From Candidatus Latescibacterota bacterium (GTDB lineage: Bacteria > Latescibacterota > UBA2968 > GCA-2709665), in NCBI GenBank assembly GCA_963662665.2, contig CAXXJS010000058.1:1-26667 (forward strand): a stretch of DNA of 26,667 bases, given 5' to 3'. The position numbers were made by a program, and so were the translations under genes. Numbering within the stretch: position 1 is the stretch's first letter; the number at the start of each line of letters is the position of its first letter. Positions 1-8,927 of this stretch are shown piece by piece. A model generated the notes under the pieces. That model was given only the letters and a program-made list of their open reading frames with translations. It made no database searches and was not told where the DNA came from.

Positions 1-1201
1 CCCATGGCCTCCCGGGTCTCCCTGTCCCTCATCAGGCGAGAAAGCCCCGCTGCCAGCGCCGCCGGTGATTCCGGATCGACCAGGATTCCTCCGCCGGTAC
101 GTTCGACAAGCTCCGGAAACGCGCCGTGCCGCGGCTGGACCACTGGCGTCCCGCTGGCCAGCGCCTCCAGTACGAACAGGCCCTTCGGCTCCACGGGTAC
201 GGCGTAGGCACCGACAGGACGTGCACACTTCTAAGGAATTCAATCTTCTGTTTCCGGTCCACCTCGCCGCGGTATTCGAACACATCTGAGAGACCGCGGG
301 ATTCGATCAGTGAGGTAACCTGCCGGAAATAGGTCTTCTCGCGCCCTCCCAGATATCCCGCCACCCGCAATCTCAGGTTTTCCCTGCCGACCTCGTCCGC
401 CAGCCGCCCCACGGCATCCGCCAGCAGGTGCAAGCCCTTCTCCGGTGCGATACGGGCCAGATACCCGATGGTAAACGGCTTCTCCGGCACCGTCCGGTCG
501 CCAGGTCCGTGGCCCTCCAGGCTCACGCCCAGACGAACCACGCGCACACGGTCCCGAGGCGCCTGAAGATACGCGGCCATGGAATCCGCGTACCAATCGC
601 ACGTCGCCACAAACGCGTCGACGTCACGGGCCCGATCCCGCATCAATTTCACCGCCTCGTTTCGATACGGTTCGTTCAAGCCATCAAGAAAAACGTCCTC
701 TCCCTGTACGGAACACAATACCGGTACGCCCATTTCGCGTTTCATCTCGCGCGCCATGCCCAGAAACATGGAATTCGTCAGATGAACCAGATCCGGCCGG
801 AGTTCGTCTTTCAACCAACGAACCAGCTTCGTCAGTTCTTTTCTCTGAGAACCCAGGTCTCCTTTCAGCATCGAAACGGTGAGCGCCCCCAGGTCCTCCG
901 CGCTTGTCGATCCACTGAACCACGAAAGGGAATTCAACAGCACGCGACCGTTCATCAGGCGGTCTACAAATTCCGGCGCGCGCCGAAACAGAGCCAGTTT
1001 CTGCTGCAAATAGACATTGATTCCACCGTAAAACACACGGTCGATGCTTGCATCGGGTCCGTCGGTCCGCAGCGGCGTATACGTTGGAACCAGTGCAACG
1101 TCGACTCCCTTCAGCCGGAGAGCCGAGGCCAGCGTATTGTCGTTAATGCAACTCCCGCAATACATCCCCGCGGCGCCGGCGGCTATGTAGGCAATACGCA
1201 T
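1..1201 (-). CDS. Glycosyltransferase family 4 (GT-B fold); 3'-partial, apparent frameshift near 190-197
   Basis: ORF 32..1201 has GT4 motifs (IGYLARIAPEKG, VLSVPTPY). After a frame change at about 190-197 the reverse strand continues EPKGLFVLEALASGTPVVQPRHGAFPELVERTGGGILVDP, the E-x7-E motif, and stays open to base 1. Confidence 0.9.
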
Positions 1202-1360
1202 CGGACGATCCGCCTTGATTTCGTACGCAGAATTCCAAGCCCGGGCGCCCGTTTACATCAACGCCTTGACCGTCCAGCTCTTGGACGACTGCAACGCGGA
1301 GGGGACGCCGCAAGCAGTGCCTGACAGTTCCACCGCCATTTGCCGAGGCGACGCCCCGGC

Positions 1361-2644
1361 TCACACAGCCGTACTCGAATAATGGGCAACGTCATCGGGC
1401 AGATTGCACATTTGCCCCATTGGACCGAAGATCGGCGTGACGTCGTTGACGTAGATCTTCCCGCTCAGAATATCCACGATACCGTTCAGACACTCGGGAT
1501 GCGCTTCCAGGAACCGGCTGAAGCTGAAGTCCTTCGTATAGAAGGCGTACACGAGCTTTCGAATGGCTTCCATGCCCGGAATGAACTCGTCCCCCCAACT
1601 GCCCAGTTGTCTGGCGGAAAAATCGCGCTTTTCAATGGCTTCATGGATCGCATCGGCCGCCATCTCTCCCGACTTGAGCGCCAGGAACACGCCGGACGAA
1701 TACACGGGATCGAGAAATCCGTATGCATCGCCAACCAGCACCCAGCCCTCTCCGGCGACCGAACGTGCCCGATAGGAGAAGTCACTCGTTGCCTTCATGG
1801 GAAACAACTGCCGGGCGCACGTGAGCCGCTCCTGCATCGGGCGGCATTTCTCCAGCTCTTCCTCGAAGATCTCCTGTGGCGTTCCCTCGCGCTTCTGAAG
1901 CAAATAGCCCACGTCCCCAACCACGCCGACGCTGACGACGTCGTCGGCCAGCGGGATATACCAGAACCACGCGTCCTTCGTTCGGGTATGCAGAATCAAC
2001 GTCGCGCCCTCGTCGATTCCGGCATCTCTGGATCCGCCCTTGAAATGCGTAAACAGAGACGCTTTTTTCAAGCTGGGCTCCTCTGTTTTTATCTTGAGTT
2101 TGCGGGAAATCAACGCGCTGCGGCCCGTTGCATCCACCACCACCCGTGCCGAAAGTTCATGCAGGCTGCCGTCGATACGCCTTGCCCTGACGCCGGCTGC
2201 CCGTTCGCCGTCGAAAAGGACCTCCTGAACGGCGGTTCCCTGCTCCACCCGCGCCCCTTTCTCGCGGGCGTTCTCCAGCATCATCCGGTCGAATTCGCTT
2301 CTCAGCACCTGCCACGTGACCGAACTCTCGTGCGGGTCGTGCCGATGGAAATAGAAGGGCGCGGAACCACGGCCCGAACCACCGAAGAACTGAACGCTGT
2401 ACTTCTTGACGAACGCGCTTTTCCTGAGCTTATCAAGAACGCCAAGCCGTTTGAACGACCAGTAGGTTCCCGGCATCAGCGACTCGCCGATCTGAAACCG
2501 GGGGAACTGCGCCCGCTCGAGTAACAGAACGCGATGGCCATGTTCGGCAACAAGCGCCGCTGTTGTGCTTCCCGCCGGCCCCCCGCCGATTACAATGACG
2601 TCGTATGGGTCTGTAACCATATCCGGCTTCCCGCGCAAACTCAT
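1361..2644 (-). CDS. Flavin-dependent halogenase-like FAD oxidoreductase (PltA/CndH/CmlS-type)
   Basis: GGGPAG FAD-binding motif, IGES, FVKKYS (candidate catalytic Lys), WFWYIP (WxWxIP), GDA and FLDPVYSSGV. ATGA overlap with the upstream gene at 2641-2644; alternative start ATG 2620. Confidence 0.8.
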   Translation of the reverse strand: MSLRGKPDMVTDPYDVIVIGGGPAGSTTAALVAEHGHRVLLLERAQFPRFQIGESLMPGTYWSFKRLGVLDKLRKSAFVKKYSVQFFGGSGRGSAPFYFHRHDPHESSVTWQVLRSEFDRMMLENAREKGARVEQGTAVQEVLFDGERAAGVRARRIDGSLHELSARVVVDATGRSALISRKLKIKTEEPSLKKASLFTHFKGGSRDAGIDEGATLILHTRTKDAWFWYIPLADDVVSVGVVGDVGYLLQKREGTPQEIFEEELEKCRPMQERLTCARQLFPMKATSDFSYRARSVAGEGWVLVGDAYGFLDPVYSSGVFLALKSGEMAADAIHEAIEKRDFSARQLGSWGDEFIPGMEAIRKLVYAFYTKDFSFSRFLEAHPECLNGIVDILSGKIYVNDVTPIFGPMGQMCNLPDDVAHYSSTAV

Positions 2645-3918
2645 TTCCGATGGTCCGTGAACCGGTTCGCCTTCATTTCGAACCTCGGCAACGTGTCCCT
2701 GTCCACCGCCCGAGCCCGCACGCGGAACCCCAGCGCGCGCCTCGCCTCCTTCGCCACGGCGTTAACAACGGCATCCGTTGAATCCCCACTGATCTCCAGG
2801 CGAATCTCCATTTCGTCCAGTGAGCGGCGGCGGTAGACGTCAACCGCGAACTCCGTCACTTCGGGACAGGACCTTACGACGTTTTCAACGGCGCTGGGGT
2901 AGATAACCATCCCCTGAACGATCATGCCCCCGTCGATGCGTCCGATCACGCCGTTTTCAATACGGAGGAACCCGGACCCGCAGGGGCATGCGCTCCCGGC
3001 GCGCTTCACTCTGTCGCCGGTGCGATAACGGATTGCCGGCATCCCCGCCCGCCCCAGGTTCGTCAGTACCAGTTCTCCCTCATCGGCCTGCTCGCAGGTA
3101 TCCGGGTCGATCACCTCACAGATGAACTCGGCCTCGTTCACGTGCATGCCGTTTCGAGCGTGGCATTCATATCCCCACGCCCCGACCTCGGTGGCGCCGG
3201 CGTGGTCGAAACACCTCGCGCCCCAGGCCTCCTCAATCCGCCGCCGCGTCGACGGCAGACCCGCGCCGGGTTCGCCCGCATGGATTGTGGTGCGAATGCT
3301 GGAATTCGCAATGTCGATCCCTTCGGACTGTGCCACCTCGGCCAGGTGCAGCGCGTAGGTCGGCGTGCAGACAAGCACCGTCGCCCGGTGTTCTTCAATG
3401 GCATGAAGCCGTTGGATGGATGACATCGAACCGCCCGTAACAGCCATCGCCCCGATCTGCCGGGCGCCTTCATGGGCCGTCCAGAACCCGATAAACGGTC
3501 CGAAAGAGAAGGCGAAGAACAGGCGGTCCTCCCGCGTCACACCGGCGCCGCCATACACCTCGCGCCAGCAACCGGCGAACCAGTCCCAACTTTCCGGCGT
3601 GTCCAACCAGCGCAGGGGCATGCCCGTTGTACCCGACGTCTGATGTACACGGACGTAATCCGCCAGGGAAAACGTCAGGTTGGTCCCGTACGGCGGGCAC
3701 CCGTCCTGGTCGGCCGAGAATTCGTCCTTGGTCGTAACGGGCAGCAGGCGATAATCCTCCAGGGTCCGAATATCTCCCGGATCCGATAGGCCTGCGCTCG
3801 CGAGTTTTCGCCCGTAAAAGGCATTGTTCCGTATGACCGGAACAAGCATTTTCCGAAAGCGCGCCAACTGGGATTCGACCAGCACGCGCCGGTCCCGCAG
3901 CGGGTAATCGGAACTCAT
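2641..3918 (-). CDS. Phenylacetate-CoA ligase (PaaK)-like ANL adenylating enzyme
   Basis: QTSGTTG P-loop, HAGEP, DHAGATEVG, RYRTGD and C-terminal LPRFEMKANR lysine; 425 aa; ATGA overlaps at both ends. Confidence 0.88.
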   Translation of the reverse strand: MSSDYPLRDRRVLVESQLARFRKMLVPVIRNNAFYGRKLASAGLSDPGDIRTLEDYRLLPVTTKDEFSADQDGCPPYGTNLTFSLADYVRVHQTSGTTGMPLRWLDTPESWDWFAGCWREVYGGAGVTREDRLFFAFSFGPFIGFWTAHEGARQIGAMAVTGGSMSSIQRLHAIEEHRATVLVCTPTYALHLAEVAQSEGIDIANSSIRTTIHAGEPGAGLPSTRRRIEEAWGARCFDHAGATEVGAWGYECHARNGMHVNEAEFICEVIDPDTCEQADEGELVLTNLGRAGMPAIRYRTGDRVKRAGSACPCGSGFLRIENGVIGRIDGGMIVQGMVIYPSAVENVVRSCPEVTEFAVDVYRRRSLDEMEIRLEISGDSTDAVVNAVAKEARRALGFRVRARAVDRDTLPRFEMKANRFTDHRK

Positions 3919-6050
3919 AGATCGACCTGGACGGCACTATGGATTCCGAAGGGTGGCGCCGGGATCACCGACGTCGCACCAAAACCGCGTGTTTCATACG
4001 TGCGGTCCGTCAGATTCCGGGCATTGATCCGAATGGTCGCCTGCCTGTATCTGTACGACATCGAAGCGTCCAGCGTCAGCACGCCGCCGATACTGTACTG
4101 ATTGTCCTCGGCGATGAACTGGCTGGCCACGTACCGGGCGCCCAACCCCAGTTCGATACCATTTTCAAAGCCCAGCGCGCTCCAGATATTAAAAATGTGG
4201 CGAGGCGAGAAGGCCGGTCTGTTCCCTGACCGGTCCAGGTGACGGAACTGCACCCCCGTGGCCGTCGGAACGGCCACCATTTCCGTGAAGCGCGTCAGTT
4301 CCGCGTTGGAATACGCGTAGGTCAGGAATACGTGGCAACCGCCACCGGGACGCGCCATCATTTCCAGTTCCAGACCCCGTGAGCGCTGGTCGCCGTCCTG
4401 TTTCGTCACGCCGGTTTCGTCCGGAATGCCAATGTCGTACTTCCGCAGATCGAAGACAGCCAGCGACGCGTGAAGGCGGTTGTCTACAAGGTATTTCTTC
4501 GCGCCCGCCTCGAACTGCGTGGATGATTCGGCGTCCCTCGGTCCCGCGACGAGACTGGACGGCGGCGCAAATGCCTTGCCCGCGCTGGCGTAAAGGGTCA
4601 CATCTTCCGCGGGACTCATCGCCACACCCGCCATGGGACTCAATTCGTGAAACCCTCTTGACGTAGACGTGACCGGGTCGTCGTACCGTATGCGATCGAA
4701 GCGCGCGCCAACGTACGCCTGGAACAATTCCGAAAACACAATCCGGTCCACGACAAAGGGCGCAATGACACCGCTGGTCGCGTCCGCCCCGCGGGACTGG
4801 CCCGGCACGACGTAAAAGGGCGGCGCGGCCGTCTCGACCGGTTCATACAGATCCAGGTTCGGCAGGACCGCCACGTCGAGCGTAAACCTGTCCTGCCACC
4901 GCATCAGTTCCAGACCCGCCAGCAGCGTATGCCTCGCCGGGCCCGTTGCGAAGGAAAATACGAGTTCAAACTGATTGCCCAGCACTTTCTGCCGGTCGTC
5001 AAGCAGCAATAACGTTCTGAACAGATCCAGACTCCCTTCAGCGTTTGGATACACGCCGCTGAACAGGGTGCCGTTGGAGATCCAGGAGAAATCCGTATAA
5101 TACAACTTATTCCGCAACGTGACACCCGGTGACAGTCGAGTCCGCAAATCCACACGGACTCGGAATATCTCCTGATCGGAGACATCGAACGGAGACTGGT
5201 AGGAACGGGTTCGCGGTACGCCGGCCAACTCGCCTCCCACCAGCGGCAGCCCCGAATCCGACTTGTATTCGCTGGTCACGTATTCGAAATTCGCCGTTGC
5301 CGTTGTCTTTTCGTTTCGCAGTGTCACGGCAGGGTTCAGTGCCCATATACCGCTGTTCTTGTCGTCTCGATAGTTGTCCGAAGCCTGACGCAAACCATTG
5401 AATCGCAACGCCACGCCCCGTGCCGGGTCCGCCCAGCCCGCATCCACGCTCCCACGCAGGTTCCGGTACGGCCCGTAGGCGCCTTTCGCCTGGAACATGG
5501 TCTTGAAAACGGGTTGCTTCCGGCTCAGATTGACCGATCCGGACAACGGATTGCCGCCATACAGAAACGCGCCTGGTCCTTTCAGCACCTCGACCCGATC
5601 GAGATTGTAAAGATTGTAAAACGTGGCCTCGGGTTCTGCGGCGCCGTCGGTCAGCACGAGCCCGCTGGACAACGAGTCGAATCCGCGTATAACGAAAAAG
5701 TCCGTCACGCCGAACACCGTCTGGACGTTCACCCCGCTCACGTTTCGAAGCGCATCGCCCAGAACCACGCCGCTCTGGTGGTCGATCAGGCCGCGATTGA
5801 CCACGCTGACACTGGCGGGCGTTTCCCGCAGAGGAACCGGAACCTTGCTGGCTACAGAACTGATCGTGGCAACCTTTTCCTTGCTCTCCGTCACCACGAT
5901 CTCTTCACCTGCGTACACGGGCAGGTCATCCTCGGCTTCCTCGTCGGTCTTGTCGTCCGCGGCAAGCAAGGCGTTTGCAGAAAGACACAGAATCATGCCG
6001 GTCAGCAGGCCCGTTCGGAAAAACAACGACATGCGATTTCCTTTCACCAA
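3915..6050 (-). CDS. TonB-dependent outer-membrane receptor (siderophore-receptor-like)
   Basis: Signal peptide, EEIVVT TonB-box-like segment, plug motifs ETPASVSVV / IRGF / RVEVLKGPGAFLYG and C-terminal NLTDRTY barrel motif. Start may be TTG 6050, GTG 6047 (GGAGG RBS) or ATG 6032. Confidence 0.93.
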   Translation of the reverse strand: MVKGNRMSLFFRTGLLTGMILCLSANALLAADDKTDEEAEDDLPVYAGEEIVVTESKEKVATISSVASKVPVPLRETPASVSVVNRGLIDHQSGVVLGDALRNVSGVNVQTVFGVTDFFVIRGFDSLSSGLVLTDGAAEPEATFYNLYNLDRVEVLKGPGAFLYGGNPLSGSVNLSRKQPVFKTMFQAKGAYGPYRNLRGSVDAGWADPARGVALRFNGLRQASDNYRDDKNSGIWALNPAVTLRNEKTTATANFEYVTSEYKSDSGLPLVGGELAGVPRTRSYQSPFDVSDQEIFRVRVDLRTRLSPGVTLRNKLYYTDFSWISNGTLFSGVYPNAEGSLDLFRTLLLLDDRQKVLGNQFELVFSFATGPARHTLLAGLELMRWQDRFTLDVAVLPNLDLYEPVETAAPPFYVVPGQSRGADATSGVIAPFVVDRIVFSELFQAYVGARFDRIRYDDPVTSTSRGFHELSPMAGVAMSPAEDVTLYASAGKAFAPPSSLVAGPRDAESSTQFEAGAKKYLVDNRLHASLAVFDLRKYDIGIPDETGVTKQDGDQRSRGLELEMMARPGGGCHVFLTYAYSNAELTRFTEMVAVPTATGVQFRHLDRSGNRPAFSPRHIFNIWSALGFENGIELGLGARYVASQFIAEDNQYSIGGVLTLDASMSYRYRQATIRINARNLTDRTYETRGFGATSVIPAPPFGIHSAVQVDL

Positions 6051-6056
6051 TACCTC

Positions 6057-7274
6057 CTAACCGCCCGGCCTGAGATCCAGGCAGACTATTTTCCGCATAT
6101 CCCGGACGAACACGCGGCCGTTGGCCAGGGTCGGCCCGGTCCAGCTGCGGCCTGCAAGCACCTGCACGCCGGCCGTTTCGCTGAATCCTTCTGGCGTTGC
6201 CTTTGCCAGGGCCAGCCTGCCGTTGTCACTCAACAGCAGGAGATGGCCGTCGGCGTAGATCAACGCCCCCTTGCCATACCCGCGGTGTTTCCATTGCTCT
6301 TTCCCCGTCCGTGCTTCGATGCACTTCAGGATGGCATTATCGAATCCATACAGATGGTCCCCCACCAACACGGACGTGCCGAAATGATTCTTCATCCGCC
6401 TGCTCTCCCAGACCCGGGTCACCCCGATTCCGTTGCTTCCAGCTTCGATTCGCAACAGGGCTGCGCCATGGTCGTAGCCGGAGGATATGAAGATCTGGTT
6501 CGGCGGCACGAAGATCGGGGTTGCAATGTTCAAATCGTACGACGTCTTCCACGGGTACCGCCAGTAAAGGGATCCGTCCTCGGGCGAGAGTCCGACCACG
6601 GCTTCCCCCGAGAAATAGATGACCTGACGCACGCCTGCAAGATCCACCACGATGGGCGATGAATACGAAGCCACGTCATTCTGGGAAGCCCAGGCGACTT
6701 CACCGTTCTTACTCCGCAACGCCAGAAACGTACCGTCGCGGGTTGCCGCCTCCAGGAACAGGAGGTCGCCTTCCACCAGTGGCGAAGTCGAAAACCCGAA
6801 CCTGGGAAACCGGCCGCCAAGTCCGTCGACAAGGTCCACGGACCAGATCGTTTCGCCGTTCGCCGCGTTCAGTGCGTACAGGCGTCCCTCAGCGCTGAGG
6901 ACGTAGACCCGATCCCCGTCTACCGTCGGCTGCGAACGGGGTCCGTTGCCCCCCTGCCCTTCCTTGAACATGCGCCCTGTCCTGAACCGCCAGATCTCAT
7001 CGCCGGATTCCTCATTCAGACAGATGACGAACTCATCGTCACCCTCCGCAAACATGGTGAATACGCGACCATTGGCCACCGAAATCCCCGAAAACCCCGC
7101 ACCGAGGTTTTTCTGCCACACAACGTCAGGACCGTTCTTCGGCCAGGTCTTCAGGTATCCCGTTTCGGTCGATAAACCCGTTCGGTCAGGACCCAACCAT
7201 TGGGGCCAATCCGCACGAACGGATTGCGCGTTAAATAACACTATCGCAATAAGAATCACCGACATTCCTTGCAT
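6057..7274 (-). CDS. Secreted PQQ-like (BamB-like) beta-propeller repeat protein, DWPQWxGP type
   Basis: Signal peptide ending VRA followed by DWPQWLGP; repeated blades such as ALNAANGETIW, SGDEIW, TGKEQW. Start set at ATG 7274; the ORF track starts at GTG 7301. Confidence 0.88.
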   Translation of the reverse strand: MQGMSVILIAIVLFNAQSVRADWPQWLGPDRTGLSTETGYLKTWPKNGPDVVWQKNLGAGFSGISVANGRVFTMFAEGDDEFVICLNEESGDEIWRFRTGRMFKEGQGGNGPRSQPTVDGDRVYVLSAEGRLYALNAANGETIWSVDLVDGLGGRFPRFGFSTSPLVEGDLLFLEAATRDGTFLALRSKNGEVAWASQNDVASYSSPIVVDLAGVRQVIYFSGEAVVGLSPEDGSLYWRYPWKTSYDLNIATPIFVPPNQIFISSGYDHGAALLRIEAGSNGIGVTRVWESRRMKNHFGTSVLVGDHLYGFDNAILKCIEARTGKEQWKHRGYGKGALIYADGHLLLLSDNGRLALAKATPEGFSETAGVQVLAGRSWTGPTLANGRVFVRDMRKIVCLDLRPGG

Positions 7275-7382
7275 CTTGCGTTCTTCCTTTCTGACCCTCA
7301 CGAACTCACTATTGACGCGAATGGCCGTGTGGCGGACGATGGGACACGCAACTCGTCAAAGTTCCCGCGTCTGTCGAACCGC

Positions 7383-7454
7383 GGTCATTGAGCTTGTCGA
7401 AACGAGGACATCAGACCTCTCCCCCCGGCCCCCTCTCCTGAAGGAAAGGGGGAG
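7383..7454. repeat. Two adjacent REP-like palindromic remnants
   Basis: GGTCATTGAGCTTGTCGAAAC (7383-7403) and CCTCTCCCCCCGGCCCCCTCTCCTGAAGGAAAGGGGGAG (7416-7454; stem CCCCCTCTCCT/AGGAAAGGGGG with one mismatch). Both resemble intergenic repeat types I recall from other bacteria, but each occurs only once in this window. Confidence 0.45.
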
Positions 7455-7580
7455 ACAAGCGTTGATCCGTCACCCTGTGCCGCTTGGATATTTTCATCTA
7501 TTGCAATGTCATCACCGACGACAGTTCCCTCGTTTCACGCAAAAAGCGGCACAGGGGCCGGGTCTCTTACTGCTCGGATT

Positions 7581-8927
7581 TCAGGTGTACCTGGAATCCC
7601 GATAGACCTCGTGATAGAAGGCAGGCAACAACTGGTCAACACGCAACAGCCCCTCGCGAGTCAGCCTGACCTCCCGCGCGTCGAAATCCAACATACCGAA
7701 ATCTCGCAGCTTCCGGTATGCATCGCCGAACTGCTCCAGGACGTCTACGTCGAATTTATCTCTGAAATAGCCGGTTTCTATCCGTCCAAGCTTGAGCTGC
7801 AGGATCATCTCCCGCACCAGGCGCTCCTCGTCCGTAGGAACGAAGGACCTGTTCAGCGGCAGCCGCCCCTGCATACAGGCGTCGACGTAAGGGTCCCACT
7901 GCGTGTGATTCTGAAAGTGTATCCCGCCCACGTGCGAAAACGACGCAACGCCCGCGCCGATCAGGTCCGCACTCCGCCAGAGCGCGTCCCGGTAGACAAA
8001 GCGTTTCGGTTTACCCTTCTTCACCATCGTATAGGCACTCGAGATCTCGTAGCCGGCCTCGCCGAACTCGTCGATCGCGTGGGCATGCCACGCGCGCTTC
8101 GTCTCCCAGTCGGCAACCGCAAAACCGTTTCCATCCAGCAACGCCCTGGAATAGGTCGTGTTGAACGGCAGTTCCATCTGATAGATCGTGACACTGTCGG
8201 GGTCCAGGTCAATCGTACCCTGCACCGTCTCCTTCCAGGTTTTCCAGGTTTCGCCCACCATCCCGGAAATCAGGTCCACGTTCACCTGTTCGAACGCCTG
8301 CGCCTTCACCCATCCCATGGCCTGGTAAATCTCCTTGCCGACGTGCGCCCGGCCGTTCTCCTTCAGGATCCCGTCATTCAGGTTCTCCAGCCCAAGGCTC
8401 AGGCGCGTCACGCCGATCTCGCGAATGGCCTCCACCTTAGGCTGTGAAAGCGTGCCCGGTTCGCACTCGAACGCGACCTCTTCGGCGGCATCCCACGGCA
8501 AGACGGCCTTCAGCCGATCCACCAGCGCCGTCAGGTGTTTCACACTGATATACGACGGCGTCCCCCCGCCAAAATAGACGAATTGCAGGCTGCGTCCGGC
8601 AATCCTGGGCAGCCCGGCGTAGTGTTCCACCTCTCTGGCCAGCGCATCCAGATAGACCTGGATTTCGGAACTGTTCCGATCCGTATACACCCGAAAATAG
8701 CAGAACTTGCACCGCTTCCTGCAGAACGGGATATGCAGGTACAGTCCCAACGGCGTTCCCCTCGCAGACGGGTCCTTCGTGTGCAGCATATCCACGACCT
8801 GGGGGTTTTGCTCATCCCGCCAGAACGAATACGGCGGATAGTTGGACACAAACACGCTGCCCACCTGCGTTTCCTTCCAATCCTTCCTGGACGTCGCGGG
8901 TTCCGGAACGTGAACTTGCGTACTCAT
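7581..8927 (-). CDS. HemN-like (class C) radical SAM protein; probably not true HemN or HemW
   Basis: YLHIPFCRKRCKFC (CxxxCxxC), YFGGGTPS, RLSLG, NVDLISG and a HemN_C-like tail (LTREGLL); ATGA overlap with the upstream gene at 8924-8927. Confidence 0.9.
   Translation of the reverse strand: MSTQVHVPEPATSRKDWKETQVGSVFVSNYPPYSFWRDEQNPQVVDMLHTKDPSARGTPLGLYLHIPFCRKRCKFCYFRVYTDRNSSEIQVYLDALAREVEHYAGLPRIAGRSLQFVYFGGGTPSYISVKHLTALVDRLKAVLPWDAAEEVAFECEPGTLSQPKVEAIREIGVTRLSLGLENLNDGILKENGRAHVGKEIYQAMGWVKAQAFEQVNVDLISGMVGETWKTWKETVQGTIDLDPDSVTIYQMELPFNTTYSRALLDGNGFAVADWETKRAWHAHAIDEFGEAGYEISSAYTMVKKGKPKRFVYRDALWRSADLIGAGVASFSHVGGIHFQNHTQWDPYVDACMQGRLPLNRSFVPTDEERLVREMILQLKLGRIETGYFRDKFDVDVLEQFGDAYRKLRDFGMLDFDAREVRLTREGLLRVDQLLPAFYHEVYRDSRYT

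Noticed and set aside
1143-1364. 73-aa ORF between the halogenase and GT4 as a possible RiPP precursor or carrier protein
   Set aside because: It overlaps the GT4 start by 59 nt, has no DSL-type phosphopantetheine motif and no leader/core pattern, and its composition is Arg-rich and shadow-like.
7275-7580. Riboswitch, Fur box or ECF promoter upstream of the propeller-TonB receptor genes
   Set aside because: No cobalamin or TPP riboswitch core and no Fur-box consensus is recognisable. A GGAACTT...GTC match on the minus strand near 7342-7365 is too weak to call.
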